DNA of 64,000 bases from Podarcis cretensis (lineage: Eukaryota), in assembly GCA_951804945.1 (NCBI GenBank), contig OX638162.1:41416001-41480000 (forward strand), in the 5' to 3' direction. A program made the position numbers and the translations under genes. Every line of letters starts with the position of its first letter. The first letter of the stretch is position 1. This document shows, piece by piece, positions 49,831-63,647 of this stretch. A model generated the notes under the pieces. It was not told where the DNA came from. It saw only the letters and a program-made list of their open reading frames with translations, and searched no databases.

Positions 49831-50448
49831 TTTTTTTTTAATAAAATATTTATTAAAGTTTTCAAAAATAGTACAATGTAAAATAAAAAGAAAAAAAATA
49901 CAAAAATAAAAACAATTAAAAACACGTAGAATTTCCATTACTTATTTTCTTTTAACTTATTTTCCGGACCTCCTCATACCTCCCTTTTTTGTATTCCAAT
50001 TCAGATTGTTAGTTCAGCAAATCCTCACCATTAATTTTTACTTATTTCTAAACCTTTTTTTTCATATTCTCTTAAGCATTACAGCTGGAAACCACTTAAT
50101 TTCTGTCCAACATCATTCTAACATTCATTAATTTTACAATATTTCTGTAAATAGTCTTTAAATTTCTTCCAGTCTTCTTCCGCCAACTCTTTTCTCTGGT
50201 CTCGGATTCTGCCAGTCATCTCTGCCAGTCCCATATAGTCCATCACCTTCATCTGCCATTCTTCCAGAGTGGGTAGATCTTGTGTCTTCCAGTATTTTGC
50301 AATAAGTATTCTTGCTGCTGTTGTGGCATACATAAAAAAAAGTTCTGTCCTTCTTTGGCACCAATTGGCCGACCATGCCCAGGAGAAAGGCTTCTGGTTT
50401 CTTCAGGAAGGTGTACTTAAACACCTTTTTCATTTCATTATAGATCAT
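49831..50448 (-). mobile_element. L1-clade LINE, 5'-truncated, with poly(A) tail and 15-18 bp TSD
   Basis: ORF2 C-terminus ...KKPEAFLLG.../MYATTAARILIAKYWKTQDLPTLEEW...WKKFKDYL. Poly(T) on + next to attt-aataaa-type tail sequence. TSD ggaactgaagagact(ttt) at 49816-49830 and 50449-50463. Confidence 0.93.
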
Positions 50449-51990
50449 GGAACTGAAGAGACTTTTATTGCAGACTGGTGGTCATTTGTCCAGCCCATGA
50501 ACAAAGGTTCTACAGAACAAACTGTACTTGCCACATTCCATAATACATTAACATTCTCCTAAATATTGATGAAACTTTCAGTTTCTCTCTGTTCCTGTAT
50601 GAACCTTTAATATTATTGTTTACATCTGGCTATGCCTGTGGGTTGTGGAAAAGGGTTTGTAAATTTATTTAAAAATATATATGGGGGTGAAATGGGTGGG
50701 GAGAGAAATTAATGAGCTTGTCTACTTTGAGCAGAACTTGGGTACAAACTTTTAAAAGTCACAGTTAAAGACTCTTTTACGTAGCAAGCGACTAATACAT
50801 TGAACGGATAACAATAATAAATAAATATAATTAGATCTTCATCAAGGGAACGCTGGCAGTAGAGGCAACGGCTGAGAATTTTGCATAGCTGCTGTGTTTT
50901 AGGATTGTGGCATTGAAACACAGCTCAATGAAAAGATCGCAAGAAACAAGAGAGCGTAGCATTTTCTTTTTAAAAAATGATTATTGCACTTGTTAACTTG
51001 TTAAATTCATTCTTGGAGTAAACTTAAAGTAGGAAAGTAAAGATAATCTCTGAAAAGATCATCCGAGCACGCCGGTGTTTGCCTAGATACGAACCCTAAG
51101 ATGTCAGCCATTGAGGCCTTTTCATGTGGAAAGATCGCTAAGTAAATTCCCTAAATGTCTATTCATCCCCCATAAGATGGCAAATCAGTGAAGCAGCAAA
51201 TGTGAAAATCGGCAGGGCTTTACGATAGAGAGGGAGAGAGAATGTGTGTTTCTTCCCCTGCAAATGCTAAATTGAAATGCAGATTCTGACCCCGGGAGAC
51301 TTTTAAAGCTCACTTGAGTGAGCATCAAAGGAAGGTCTCAGGCTTCTGCAATCTAGCCATTTAGGTTGATTGATAGACAGATACTCCAATTGGTCTGGAC
51401 TTAGTCAATGGTTAACTTGTTCGTTATTCATCAGGGCAATAATGAACTGTTCCTTGAGATGGTTGGAGAGTTTGTAAATGCAGGCTACTTAGGGGGATCA
51501 CTGTGTTGATAGAGTTCCCTGGCTGGGTTTGCTCCCTGTGCAACTTGGAGTACGAGTCATTTTGCTCCACAGGCAACGTATTCAAAAGGAATTGCCGCAG
51601 CATTTGAAAAAGAAGTTCCGTGTTCCCGACTACAGGCATAGAGTGACTCAAAGCACATTTTCGCGGATAAACCGCTGCAAATGTGCCTCTTTCCCTTTTT
51701 AATGTCCAGCTGGGTGTAAGTGGAACCTGCAACCCAAAATCCCACAAGTTATGGGGCAATAATGCTTCTTGAATACCAGTTGCTGGAAATTCTGCTGCAC
51801 TCAGGTCCTGCTTGTGGGTTTCCCAGAGGCATCTGGTTGGACCTCAAGAACAGGATGCTGAACTAAATGAGCCACTGGCCTGACACATTAGGCTCTTCTT
51901 ATGCTCTTAATTGGTAGTGGAACCCTGCTTCCTGGAAGAGTTTCAAGCTAGCTAACCATTCCCTCCTTCCAGAATGCTGTAGTCTTGTTA

Positions 51991-52125
51991 GACTTCTCAA
52001 CCTGCGGGTCCCCAGTTGTTGTTGGACTACAACTCCCATCATCCCTGAGCTCTGGCCTTGCTAGCTAGGGGTGATGGGAGTTGTAGTTCAACAACATCTG
52101 GGGACCCACAGGTTGAGAAAGGCTG
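51991..52125. mobile_element. Palindromic hAT MITE, same family as 21836-21973, opposite orientation
   Basis: ttctcaacctgcgggtcccc ... ggggacccacaggttgagaaaggctg. Confidence 0.85.
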
Positions 52126-53382
52126 TAAGAAAAACATTCTGTTTCTTCCTTTGCAAGTTTTCCATTGTTTCTTTTCCAATTAACCATCAACATTCTGTGA
52201 CTACTGAGCATGCTCAAACCTCAATGAGTTGTTGGGAGGTGAGTTGCCTTTTTAAAAGGGATAGAGTTTTTTTGTATTTCTGCAAACTTCAGGGTTCTCC
52301 AGAGCATGTCTCTCTGTCTCTATCTATCCTTTTAAATAAATGTTATTAAGATTTATAGGGGAAAAATATAGAGTTTAATATCTTTTCCTTTAAAAAAAAA
52401 TCCAAACCAAGACTAAAATAAAAGATACTATAAAAGCACAAAAAGGGGGGAGAAAGAAAGGGAGAGAGAACAATTAAATAAGTAAAATAGAATAGAATAG
52501 AAGAGGTTAAAAGAGAGAGGAATAAGATTCAGAAAGTAAAGAACTTCCAGTTCTTCATCTGCCTGCTATATAAAAACAATATTCACTTTGCCCAATCCAA
52601 CATAACACCCAACAAAGCTTCTTTCTATAAACAAACATTATATTCATTCCTCAGATCCAGATATCATTATTTCTTTTTCTTTTTCACACGAAAAATTCCT
52701 TTCTCTCTTGTTTTTAAATTCCAGATCGACAGTGCAACCCTTCCCCAAAAAGTGTTTGGTAGCTCCTTAAAGACTAGCAAGTTTATTGGCATAAGCTTTT
52801 GTAGATACCATAATAAATCCTTCAGTCTTAATGCACCACAACACTCTTCCCGAGTGACTGCTCATTTTAAAACCTTCTTAGAGCTGCTCCTTTCCCCAGC
52901 TGCTGCTTCCAAGCACTTTGAAAGGATGTGAATAATTTTACAGGTGTGCTCCCTTCACACTTGATGCCAGTTTTGTACTTGTGCTTTTCACAAGGCTGTA
53001 GTTTTGGAGTCAGGACCGTTCAGAGCTAGGTGAAATGAGTGGGCAGGTGTAATTCAGTTTTTTTAAAAAAAAATGTATGGTTAACTGAACTACATTTTAA
53101 ATACGAAATAATAGATAATCTGAATGGAGAAGCATCTTCAATATGAAGTGAAAATCTGTTTGCATAAATTGCTATTGAATTTTCAAACTACAATTTAGTC
53201 AGCGATGTCTTTCAGTAATGTAACATTTTATCTTCTTTTATGAGGAAGGATCCCTCAGATTTGATACAGGAAATACAAATACACTGAATTTTTGTTTCAA
53301 GAAGAGAAAGAGGCAAAGAGGCTCTCCTGGAATATGTCTCACATGATATCAGTGCCTAGGCAACATCTGCTTGCAAATCTGA

Positions 53383-53544
<162 letters not shown>

Positions 53545-56500
53545 TAATGTGGCCTTTTCTGTGCCTCTCAGTATAATAATAAAAATTTGTGGTGATACTT
53601 TTCATTTCTTTTCTTTTTTTGCAATCGAGGTAAAAGTTGGATCACTTTGTGTGATCAATAAAACCGGCACTTTCAACTGCAATTTTCCCAAGAAAGATGT
53701 ACAGATCTGTGTATTGGGTAGTGCAGGGCCAAGCATTCTCATGACAGAACACTTTGATCAGAGTTTGAGGATGGCATTCAAATTATTTGTGTGCACACAG
53801 TGGAGGCTGGTTCATGAGAGTGAATGGGGCACTACCCCACTAACCTCAGTCTATCCCAGCCTTAATTCCTAAAAAGAGCAAAGTTAGATGTCAAGCCTGG
53901 GCCATGGGTAGAAGTTTGAGATGAGGCCTTAAACCAAGAGACCAACCCATTATTTAGGACCAAGGAGTAAGTCAGAAGCAAAGGACAAACAAAGATACAG
54001 GAACAGATCGGGGAGCCATTGTTGTTTAAACAAGGTTCTGCTGCGACAGGAAGTCCTCTTATATTGTTTCCTGTCCCAGGGGGCAGCCTGAGTCCATCCA
54101 GGGCCTGAAGGTCCTTCACTGAGAAGCTGGCATTTGCAATTCACGCAGGGCAGACACCCACAGATCCCAGTAGCTCCTGACAGTGGGGAGGTGATGTCAT
54201 CTTCCCAAAACCCACGTTATCTGCCCATTCCATGTGAGAACAGGCTGTGGTTGCTCAGAGATGACATTAAAAATGCACTCTGACCCAGCTCAGGGGCACC
54301 ATTCATTATCCGCCTATTCTACAATTTTCGACAAGCAGTTGAAATAAGATTCCAGAGCTAAGCCAGGCACAAAATTAAGCCCATTTCGCACCTTCCAGTT
54401 AAACAGTGGCAGATTTGAGAAGGCTTACCACTTCATGCATATATATCAAGTGAGCTGGGGGGGGGGAGAGATCTGTCTTTTTGTCACCAAAGTGACAGTG
54501 TTGTCATTTTATTTTCTTGCAGAGTATCAATCTGCTCAAAAATATGAAAAGCTTATTATATGTTTATCTACTCTAATCTGGTTTCTCTTTTTTTACAAAG
54601 AGTTTCCTGAGATCAGCTTACGTATTTTATCTCTCTTGCTAATACAGTTTAACCATATCTTAGGACAGTACGGTGTCATAGTTTTTAAAGGAGAGAATGT
54701 TACTTATCATTCTCAATAGTGCTGAACTTGGATGGACTCATGCCAATCCCTTTGCAAGTGACACTGGGCCACCAAAAATATATTGTTGTTGTTTATTCTG
54801 TGTTTCAGGATATTGTACAAATCCTTCCAGGGTTTCAAGTAATATTTGGACTTCTTAGTAGAATCACTATATTATCACAGTAACTATATGAAAACAAAAC
54901 AATTCGTCAAAGGGTATATCCACACCATATATTGGAAGTACATTATTTCACCCAAGTTATTCTGGGAACTGTAGTTTCCTATGGGTGTTGGGAACTGTAG
55001 CTCTGTAAGGGGTAAACTATACTTCCCGTGGTTCTTTGAGGGAAGCCATGTGCTTTAGGTTTATGATGTGGGTGTGACCTAAACCCTTTCCACACTGAGC
55101 AGTTGGTAGGTAGATGCTGTTGTGCAGAGATCGAACAGAGGAAAGTCCAGCTGAGGGAAGCTGTTTAGTGACTTTTGCACCCCTCTCTCTCTCCCAGAAC
55201 CCTTCCTACATGGCGGTCTGTGGTAGATATGTTTGGGCTGTGGGAAGTTGGAGCAGGCTTTGAAGTCTGCCCACACCGCCTGATTTCCTGAGATTTTTCC
55301 CATAGCGTACCACATGGTCCCAGGTGTAATGTCTATGGCAGATCCATTGCTTGATCTGATGGTTGTGGAACTACCAAGAGGGACCCTCCCTGCCTATCTT
55401 AACACCCAGAAAAATTTGTAGGAGCAGAGGTGGTCATTTGGCTATCAACTCACTTAGGGCCGTGTGAGCACACCTTGAACTGGGCCTGGAAACAAGCCAG
55501 CAACCAGTCATAGACTGGAGCCAACAGTCTTGGCTTCCTGCAAAGAACACTGGGAAGTGTAATAAGTTCAGGGTGTTGTTGAGGGACCCCTTTTCCTTTC
55601 ACAGAGCTACGTACAGTTCCCCAGAAAAGAGGATTTGTTTCTTAGACTACTCTGGGAATTGTAGTTATGCAAGGGGAATAGGGGTCTCCTAACATCTCTC
55701 AGCACCCTTAGCAAACTACAGTTCCCATGATGCTTTGGGAGAAGTTGTAACTGTGAAAAATGTTGCTTTAAATGTCTGGTGCAGATGTAGCCTAAGTTGT
55801 TTAGGGCTTTGAACACATATGTGAATGCAACTTGAATTGGGCCCAGAAATGAACTGGGAACGCATTGCTTCATTTTGACTGGCAGGTTTTGCATTAGCTG
55901 GCATTCCTGTCAAACGATGGAGTTAAATTAGAAAGGCAATAAGAAAGGGGTATGGAAATATGCCTCCCATTCACTTCTGACTCTTGTGATCATTGCTCCT
56001 CAAACACTGTCAAAAGAAGAAATAAGAGCATGAATTATGACTGTTCCACGCAAAGCCATAAGATGCTCACCTCGGCTGGGACAAGAGCAATTTGGATGAA
56101 TTAAATCTGCTCATCTTCTCATTAATTTAATATTAAATTGTGCTAATGTGCCACTTGGCCTCTCTTCTGGGGAATAATAGGCTGGGTCTTTAATGGGGAT
56201 TCTGCCTTTGGAATACATAAACAGTTAATTGCATCTTAGGATGTGCTGTGATATATAGGTAGGGCTGCCATATCAGTTTATGTATTATTCAGAATCAATT
56301 ATCTCTTTAAAAAAAAAATAACTGAAAGTGCTTCAAATTAATTACAAAGAAAGCAGTAACAAACTTGAGGGGTTGCGATCGAGAAAAGTCGGCTTTCAAG
56401 AACTCATCGGTTCAGAAGAGCTGTTCTGGAACCATCTGTGGGCAGAAAGTGGTTGGGCAAAGGGAGAATGTTCCCACAAGTTGAAGCCCCCTCCCCCAAA

Positions 56501-59500
56501 GCTGCTGTTCACTTGCAGAAGAGAATGGTGTGGCATGGTTTCAGGGGCACTGTTGTGGTGGAGTGGAGTGGCAGCCTCCATTGGATGGGGTAGGAGGAGT
56601 TATGGCAGACTTCCTCAAACTCAGCCCTCCAGATGTTTTGAGACTCCACTTCCCATCATCCCTGACCACTGGTCCTGCTAGCTAGGGATCATGGGAGTTG
56701 TAGGCCAAAAACATCTGGAGGGAAGAGTTTGAGGAAGCCTGAGTTATAGCATAGAGAAGAGCATTGGTAGTTAAGAACCCAAGAAGAGCTCTGTTGGAGA
56801 AGACCACAGATGGTCCACCACCCTGTCCTCACAGGGACCAAAACAGATGTCTCACAAGCAGGATCCAAGTATAACCAGCACCTTCCCAGCAGCAACTGGT
56901 TTTCAGAAGCGCACTGCCTCCCAACAGCGCAGGTAGAGTACACCCATTATGGGCAGTCGTGGTGCTTTAGTAAGTTGAGTTAATAGCGCACTGTGTGAAA
57001 TGCTGTATGGCACCAGCAGCAGGGCATTTCAATTCTGCTCCCAAGCAATTGCTGCAAAGCAGTTCCTCAGCAGGGAGGATGCACTCAGTGTTATCAGCAG
57101 AGTGTTTCTGAGCAATTAATCAGTATGCTGGTCTGAATGGCACATCCAGTAAATGCTTGTGTATTTCTGTAACAATGAATCACCCATTTAATACCCAGCA
57201 CTACTAAGTACTGCACATAAAGCAGAATTTATTATCCCTGCGGCCCAAGTATTTTAGCCTCTTTGCTCCTAGTAGCATTAATGGTCTCACTAGTTTTGGG
57301 TGCAGCTCTGTTCTTTTTGCCGGGGGTGGGGGAGGCAAGTTACATGTTTGAAATTTCATACTGCCACCCATATTGGTTATTTTAGCCAAAGGACTCCTTG
57401 AAACACATTGGCTACTAAATTCCTTCTTACTGTACCTGGGAAACATAATGCAATAATTGCAGGAGCTGTATGCAAAATAAAATATTATTAGCACACAGGA
57501 TGTTGTTGTTGTTGTTTTATTTTTATTTTTTTAAGTGCAAAGCAGGGGCATTTAGAAATGTGTATGTTTTACAGTGACTGCTCTGTTTCTCCACTTTATC
57601 ACCTGGGTTGCCATAAAACAAAACAAAACAAAACTTTACTGCTCATTTTTGGCAAAGCGCCCTTACTTGGCTTTCTATCCTATGCTATTTAAGGGACAGA
57701 TTTTTTTGATTTTTTTGAAATTGGTGCTAAAATAAATAGGTGTGCTGAAAAACTGGGGTAATATAACTCAGGCTGCAAGGTTAGGGGCAAATGCATGGGA
57801 GCAGTGTGAATGCCACTGCAGACGAGGATGCAGTTGCAGTAGTGGGACCAGGATGTGGCCCAGATCTGCCGGGGGACATTGGACCATTTTGCATACAGCT
57901 AAAAAACATCAGGGGCCACCCCAGGAGTCCCATACACATAATTGCTTCAGAATTATATGAAAACAGACCCCTCAGTGCAGTTGCAAAAGGTTCAGTCCAC
58001 CGCCTTGATTCAAAATGGCTTCCAGCTGTATCCCAACATCGATGAAAACCTGCTCATTGATTTCAGGAACCATCATGCAAAATTTGGTACAATATCTTAA
58101 GGGATATTTAAAAGCACAGCAAATATGACAAATTACTTTCCAAAATATCTAGTAGATGTTTTTTGGGAAGCAGCGTATGATAAAAAATCTTCATTTGCCC
58201 CTGTTGTTGGCTACTTTTAAAGAAACCCATTGATGTTCTTGTACTTCACAGCAACAAACTTTTCCATTAAAGTATTGGAAACAAATACATTTTGTGGCAT
58301 AGATACAGCCTCTCCGCTGGGTGAAATATGTGACTATTCGAACCATATGTTAAAAAGTAACAATGACAAATGGTTTGTTAGTAAATACTCCCAACAAATC
58401 TGTTGGTTGTTAATTGCTAGGAAGAAAAGCGGGGGCAGGGGGGGGGGACACCGAACCCTCTGCCAACCTTTTTAATTCAAGAAGTCATTTAGATTTTATT
58501 GCAGAGCATTAGAATGATTAATGCTGGAAGAGGAATATTTAATCTCCAATGGACAGCGCTGATTTAGTTTTCTTTGTTCCTTACCATTCACTGGAAGGAC
58601 TTATCAGAGGTGGGATTTAAGGTTTTCATTTCAGTTGTTGCCAAGTTGCAATCAGCAATTAATTAGCCTCGTGGGTGATATTACTCACTTTGAACTAGGA
58701 ACCGGACAATCCCTGAAGAGTATCTTAGCTCTAAGCTTCTGCAGGGACAAACAAACACACACGCGCACACACACTCTCTTACACTTTTTTTAAAAAAATC
58801 AGGGGTGCAAAGCCTTTTCCAAGCTAAGGGCCACAATCCCTTCTGACTAACCTTCCAGGGGCCACATTCCAGTGGTGGGCAGGGCCAGAAGTAAAAGTGG
58901 GTGGAGCAATTAATGTAATTTCATAGGCTAGTTTTTACACATTCTCAGCCCCTTTGTCTGCCAGCCAGGCAAGCAACAGGCATTATTATCCAAATTCAAG
59001 AACACATTCCAGGCAGGCAAAATTTTCTAGAGTGTGACTTCATTATACAGCTTTAGGCGCTAGGTGAAAACATCCCTCTTTAACCAGGCCTTTGGCTGAC
59101 TGGCATCCGATGTCCTTTTAAAATGTGTTGGGGAGGGGGGGGGAATGTATTGTGTTGTCTTTGTTTTCATTATGTATTTTCTGTCTTTATATTGTGATTT
59201 TATGTTGAAACTGCCCTGAGACCTGCAGGTATAGGGCGGTATAACAATTTAATAAATAATAATAGGTCCTGTGAGGAGTGTGGCCTGGGTTGAGGAGAGT
59301 TCTGAGGGCCTGAAAATAATCCATGTAAATTGCATATTCAAAGTAAACATGGTTTTTTTCAGAGGCGTCCCCACCACCATCACCAAATAATAGAAATAAA
59401 TGACTGAACTTTCACATGCATGCATATTTAATTTCGCAGAGAATTGCATAAATATTGTATTTGGAGATTCTAGAACACCCCATTAAAATTGCAAGACATT

Positions 59501-60227
59501 TCCATTATCCCTTTTATAATAGAATGTGGAATTAGGAGCTCATCTATGGAAATAAAATGAAATAAAAAATTCTCAACTTCTTATCTTCCCTTTTGTCCTC
59601 TAAGCGCCGTAAACGCACAGAGAGGCTCGTATGTCTGGGCTTTGTTTTTCATTAATTAGATTTGGAAAACAGCCCATTTTCTTTCTCTGGGCTCTGTTGC
59701 TTTTTGAAATAAACTCTAATCAAGGATAAGAATGCTAACTGCTTAAGCACCAGAGTTTCGTGGGGACCAGGAAGGTACACAAAGGTGTTTAGTATAATGT
59801 TTAAGAGAGAGACAGTGTACACACCATATACTTAAAACACATTTCCCACTCCAAAGAATGTTGGGAACTGTAGTTACACCTCACCGAGCTACAGCACCCA
59901 GCACCCTTAAGAAACTACAGTTCCCAAGATTCTTTGGGCAAAGCCACGTGCTTTAATTGTATGGTGTGTACATAGCCAGAGAAGGGAGCTAACTGTCCCT
60001 TATTTACTATCCTCTGTTTTCTTGTACCTGCTGCTGGTGAATCTTTACTCCCTCAGACAATTTGCATGACATTTTTCACAGTGGAGGGTGTTCTACTCCT
60101 GCTTTAGTTGTTTCTCTCTTTCCCCCACCCCCTTTTACCTCCTGCTATAATCACATATGTTCCAAGAGTCTCTTATCTTTCTTACCCGTTACATGTATTT
60201 TTAACATTTCCTTTCCCTCCTCTCCAG

Positions 60228-60444
60228 GTTTATTAGAAAACAAGGGCTGGACAGGCTTTTCCTGGAATGTGATACCCACATGTGGCGCCTTGGTGACCGG
60301 AAGATTCCGGAAGGAATAACAGTGGATGGCGGGTCAGACTGGTTCCTGCTGAACAGGAAGTTTGTGGAATATATCACCTTTTCTAACGATGACCTGGTGA
60401 CGAAGATGAAAAGGTTCTATTCCTACACATTACTCCCAGCTGAG
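60228..60444 (+). CDS. XYLT1: Xylosyltransferase 1, exon 7, 217 bp, phase 2 to 0
   Basis: Acceptor ctctccag|G, donor GAG|gtgagc. Translates (R)[72 protein letters not shown]. Confidence 0.98.
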
Positions 60445-60565
60445 GTGAGCAAACTTGCGGAGAGCCCTGCCCCACCACAGAAAAATAAAAACAGCACCGG
60501 GGTAATTCCTGAATGCCTGAATTATAGCTGTTCAATGTTATGAAAGGCTTTTTCCTTTGGTTATC

Positions 60566-60626
60566 GGTTGGTTGGTTGGTTGGTTGGTTGGTTGGTGTAT
60601 TGATTGGTTGGTTGGTTGGTTGGTTG
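60566..60626. repeat. (GGTT)n microsatellite, interrupted
   Basis: Read directly, about 120 bp downstream of exon 7. Confidence 0.93.
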
Positions 60627-61075
60627 CTTTGAAGCTGCTCCACTTTAACATACATTACCTTTCTAAAAATCAAGGCCAGTCCTATCATTAGGCAGGGTGA
60701 GGAAGCTGCCTCAGGTGATGGAACCTGATTGGTTACATTGTGGAGGGAGCAGAATTCTTGACAGCTGTTCCTCCTGAGTTAATGGAGGACAAGGCTATCA
60801 GTGTGGCTCCTCATCATGTCTATTGCCTTCCAAGGTCAGAGGTGATATTCCCCTGAATGCAAGTCCCTAGTGAGAAATGATGGGGTAATGCTGTTGCCCT
60901 CTTGTCCTGCTTTGGACTTCTCACAGGCAGCTGGTTGGCCACCATGGGGAGGGTGGAGGAAGGATGCTGGACTAGACAGGCCTTTGTTCTGATCAAGCAG
61001 AGCTCTCTTTTTGTTCCATGAGGAAGAAGTATGTTACAATCACCCTGTTTGATCAGACCCAATGTCCACCTAGTC

Positions 61076-61325
61076 CAGGGGTCAGCAAACTTTTTCAGCA
61101 GGGAGCCAGTCCACTGTCCCTCAGACCTTGTGGGGGGCGGACTATATTTTGAAGGGGGGAAATGAACGAATTCCTGTGCCCCATGAATAACCCAGAGATG
61201 CATTTTAAATAAAAGGACATATTCTACTCATGTAAAAACATGCTGATTCCTGGACCGTCCGTGGGCTGGATTTAGAAGGTAGTTGGGCTGGATCCGGCCC
61301 CCTGGCCTTAGTTTGCCTACCCATG
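61076..61325. mobile_element. hAT-Charlie MITE (OC1-like), second copy
   Basis: Same TIRs as the 29675 copy. Perfect TSD acctagtc (61068-61075, 61326-61333). Confidence 0.9.
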
Positions 61326-61714
61326 ACCTAGTCCAACCTTTAGCGTTCCACCAGAGGCCCCCAGGCCCCCCTAAAAAAAGTTCAACAAGTTCCAGCACCT
61401 CTTTTTCTAGAAAAAAAGCCTTCATAAGCCTAAAGCCAATGTTTGTCCCACAGCAGCTGGCATTCAGCAACTGAACAGGGAGACTCAGTTTAGCTATCAT
61501 AATGAACAGCCCAAGTCAGCCAAACCTGTTGCCCTCCAGATATTTGCAGGCTACAGCTCCCACCATGATTAATCATTGGCTACACTGGCTGAGTCCAACA
61601 GCATCTAGAGGGCAACAAGATAGGGAACGGTAGCCTAAACTCTATGAGATTAAGAAAGCTTGTGGCATATGGGGTTTTCAGTTACGAGAAAGGGTGAATA
61701 AGAAGCAACATGAT

Positions 61715-62358
61715 ACAGTTTGCAGAATTATGCGTGGCATGAAGGAAATGGCTAGAAGAAAGTATTTCTCCCTCTTTCATAACACTAGAACTTGTGGAGG
61801 TCCGTTGAAGCTGAATTTTGGGAGAGTCCAAGAAAAGAAAGTACTTCTCCATGCAGCACCTTGTTAAACTATGGAACTCCCTCCTGCAGGATGGCTGCCA
61901 ATTTGGATGGCTTTAAAAGAGGTTTAGGGATGCAGGTGGCGCTGTGGGTTAAACCACAGAGCCTAGGACTTGCTGATCAGAAGGTCGGTGGTTCGAATCC
62001 CCGCGACGGGGTGAGCTCCCGTTGCTCAGTCCCTGCTCCTGCCAACCTAGCAGTTCGAAAGCACGTCAAAGTGCAAGTAGATAAATAGGTACTGCTTCGG
62101 CGGGAAGGTAAACGGTCAGGGGTCCCTTTTCCTTTACCTTTAAAAGAAGTTTAGATGAATTTGTGGAGGAGAAGGCTATCCACAGCTATTAGCCATGATG
62201 ACTGTGCTCTGCTTTCATTGTCAGATGCCGAAATTATTCTGAATGCCAGTCATTGGAAGCCACAGGAGGGGAGAGGGCCTTTGGGCTCGGGTCCTGGTTG
62301 CAGGTTTCCCACAGGCATCTGGGTAACTACCATGAGAACAAGATGCTGGACTAGACGG
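61715..62358 (+). mobile_element. CR1 3' end interrupted by a Sauria SINE
   Basis: tctccctctttcataacactagaact...aaagaaagtacttct...ggatggctttaaaaga, then the 3'UTR family sequence. Confidence 0.8.
61927..62137 (+). mobile_element. Sauria SINE with internal deletion, 16-bp TSD
   Basis: Starts gggatgcaggtggcgctgtggg. TSD ctttaaaaga(g/a)gttta at 61911-61926 and 62138-62153. Confidence 0.9.
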
Positions 62359-63332
62359 ACAAAATTGTCACAAAGCCCATGTCCAATGCTACCATCTTGT
62401 GGCGGCGGATTCCATAAATTATGTGTTGCATTAACTGGATTTTTTTTCTTCCTCTGTCATTCTTATTAGTAATGGTTACCAAAAGTTATATTAAGTGTGT
62501 AGGTGACATCCATCTTTCTTCTATCCACTAGACCTTAATGCATTCAGAAGACGACTGATCCCCTTTCTCCTTTTCGCTTACACATATATTAAATGTTCTC
62601 CTTTTAATCCTGCTTCTCCTAAAGGGAAACGAAAGGTATCGTCTTCCCTTTCAACTCTGTTAACCTTTTATTCTGCTTATCTTTCCAACGGCCTTCTCTG
62701 CTAGTATAAAAGGACAGGGCAGTGGGTAATTGGGTAGGTTTCTCTTCCCCTCCCCTCCTCAGTCCCGGCTTTTTGCCTGAATGACAATGTATGCCTTAAT
62801 GGGTTTAACTAGACAATTCAAGCGTAAAATCCATATTCACTGGCCTGTCATTTAACATTTTTTTAAAAGGGGGCAAGGGGCTTGTCCAGGGGGATAGGCG
62901 GTCAACCATACTAATGCCATTCCGTGTGTCTGTAGATCACCCTATAGTTGATATTTTACAAAAGAACTCACTGTTCTGTCAAGGCCTTTTGCTTTTTAAC
63001 CACCCAATGTTTATCCTGTTTCAGTTTTTCTACCCACAAGATTTCCTCGGCTAGGTTTTTTATCCGACTCCTTCAAAATTATAATAAAAATAAATAACTA
63101 GGGAGCCCACTCTCATGTTAACCTAGCCCGGCCTTGTCCAACCTGATGTGCAGAAGTGTTGAACTATAACTCCCATCAGCCCCAGCCATACAGTCTGTCA
63201 GGGAAATTGGGAGTTGTAGCTCAAAATGGGGGGTGGGGTGCATAAGGTCCGGGAGAAGAAAAATCCTCGCCATTGTCCCAAAAAACAAAGCCTTCCTGGA
63301 TGTGGGAAGATAGGAAGCCACCCTTATATTGA

Positions 63333-63647
63333 GGCCACATTCACTCCATACATTTAAACCACAATGATACCGCTTTAAACACTCGTGGCTTGTCCCAAAG
63401 AATTGTGGGAGCTGTAGTTTGCTAAAGGTGCTGAGAGTTTTTTAGGAGACCCCTTCCCCCTCCCCTGCAGAGCTACAATTCCCAGAGTATGATAGCAATA
63501 AGTCTCTTCTCACAGGGAACTCTGTGAGTGATCCTAACAACTCTCAGCACCCTTGACAAAACTAACCAGGTCCCAGAATTACTTGGGCGAAGCCATAACT
63601 GTTAAAGTGGTGCCATAGTGCTTTAAATGTATAGTGTGAACGTGGCT
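63333..63647. mobile_element. Harbinger-like foldback MITE
   Basis: ggccacattcactccatacatttaaa ... tttaaatgtatagtgtgaacgtggct. Confidence 0.72.
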
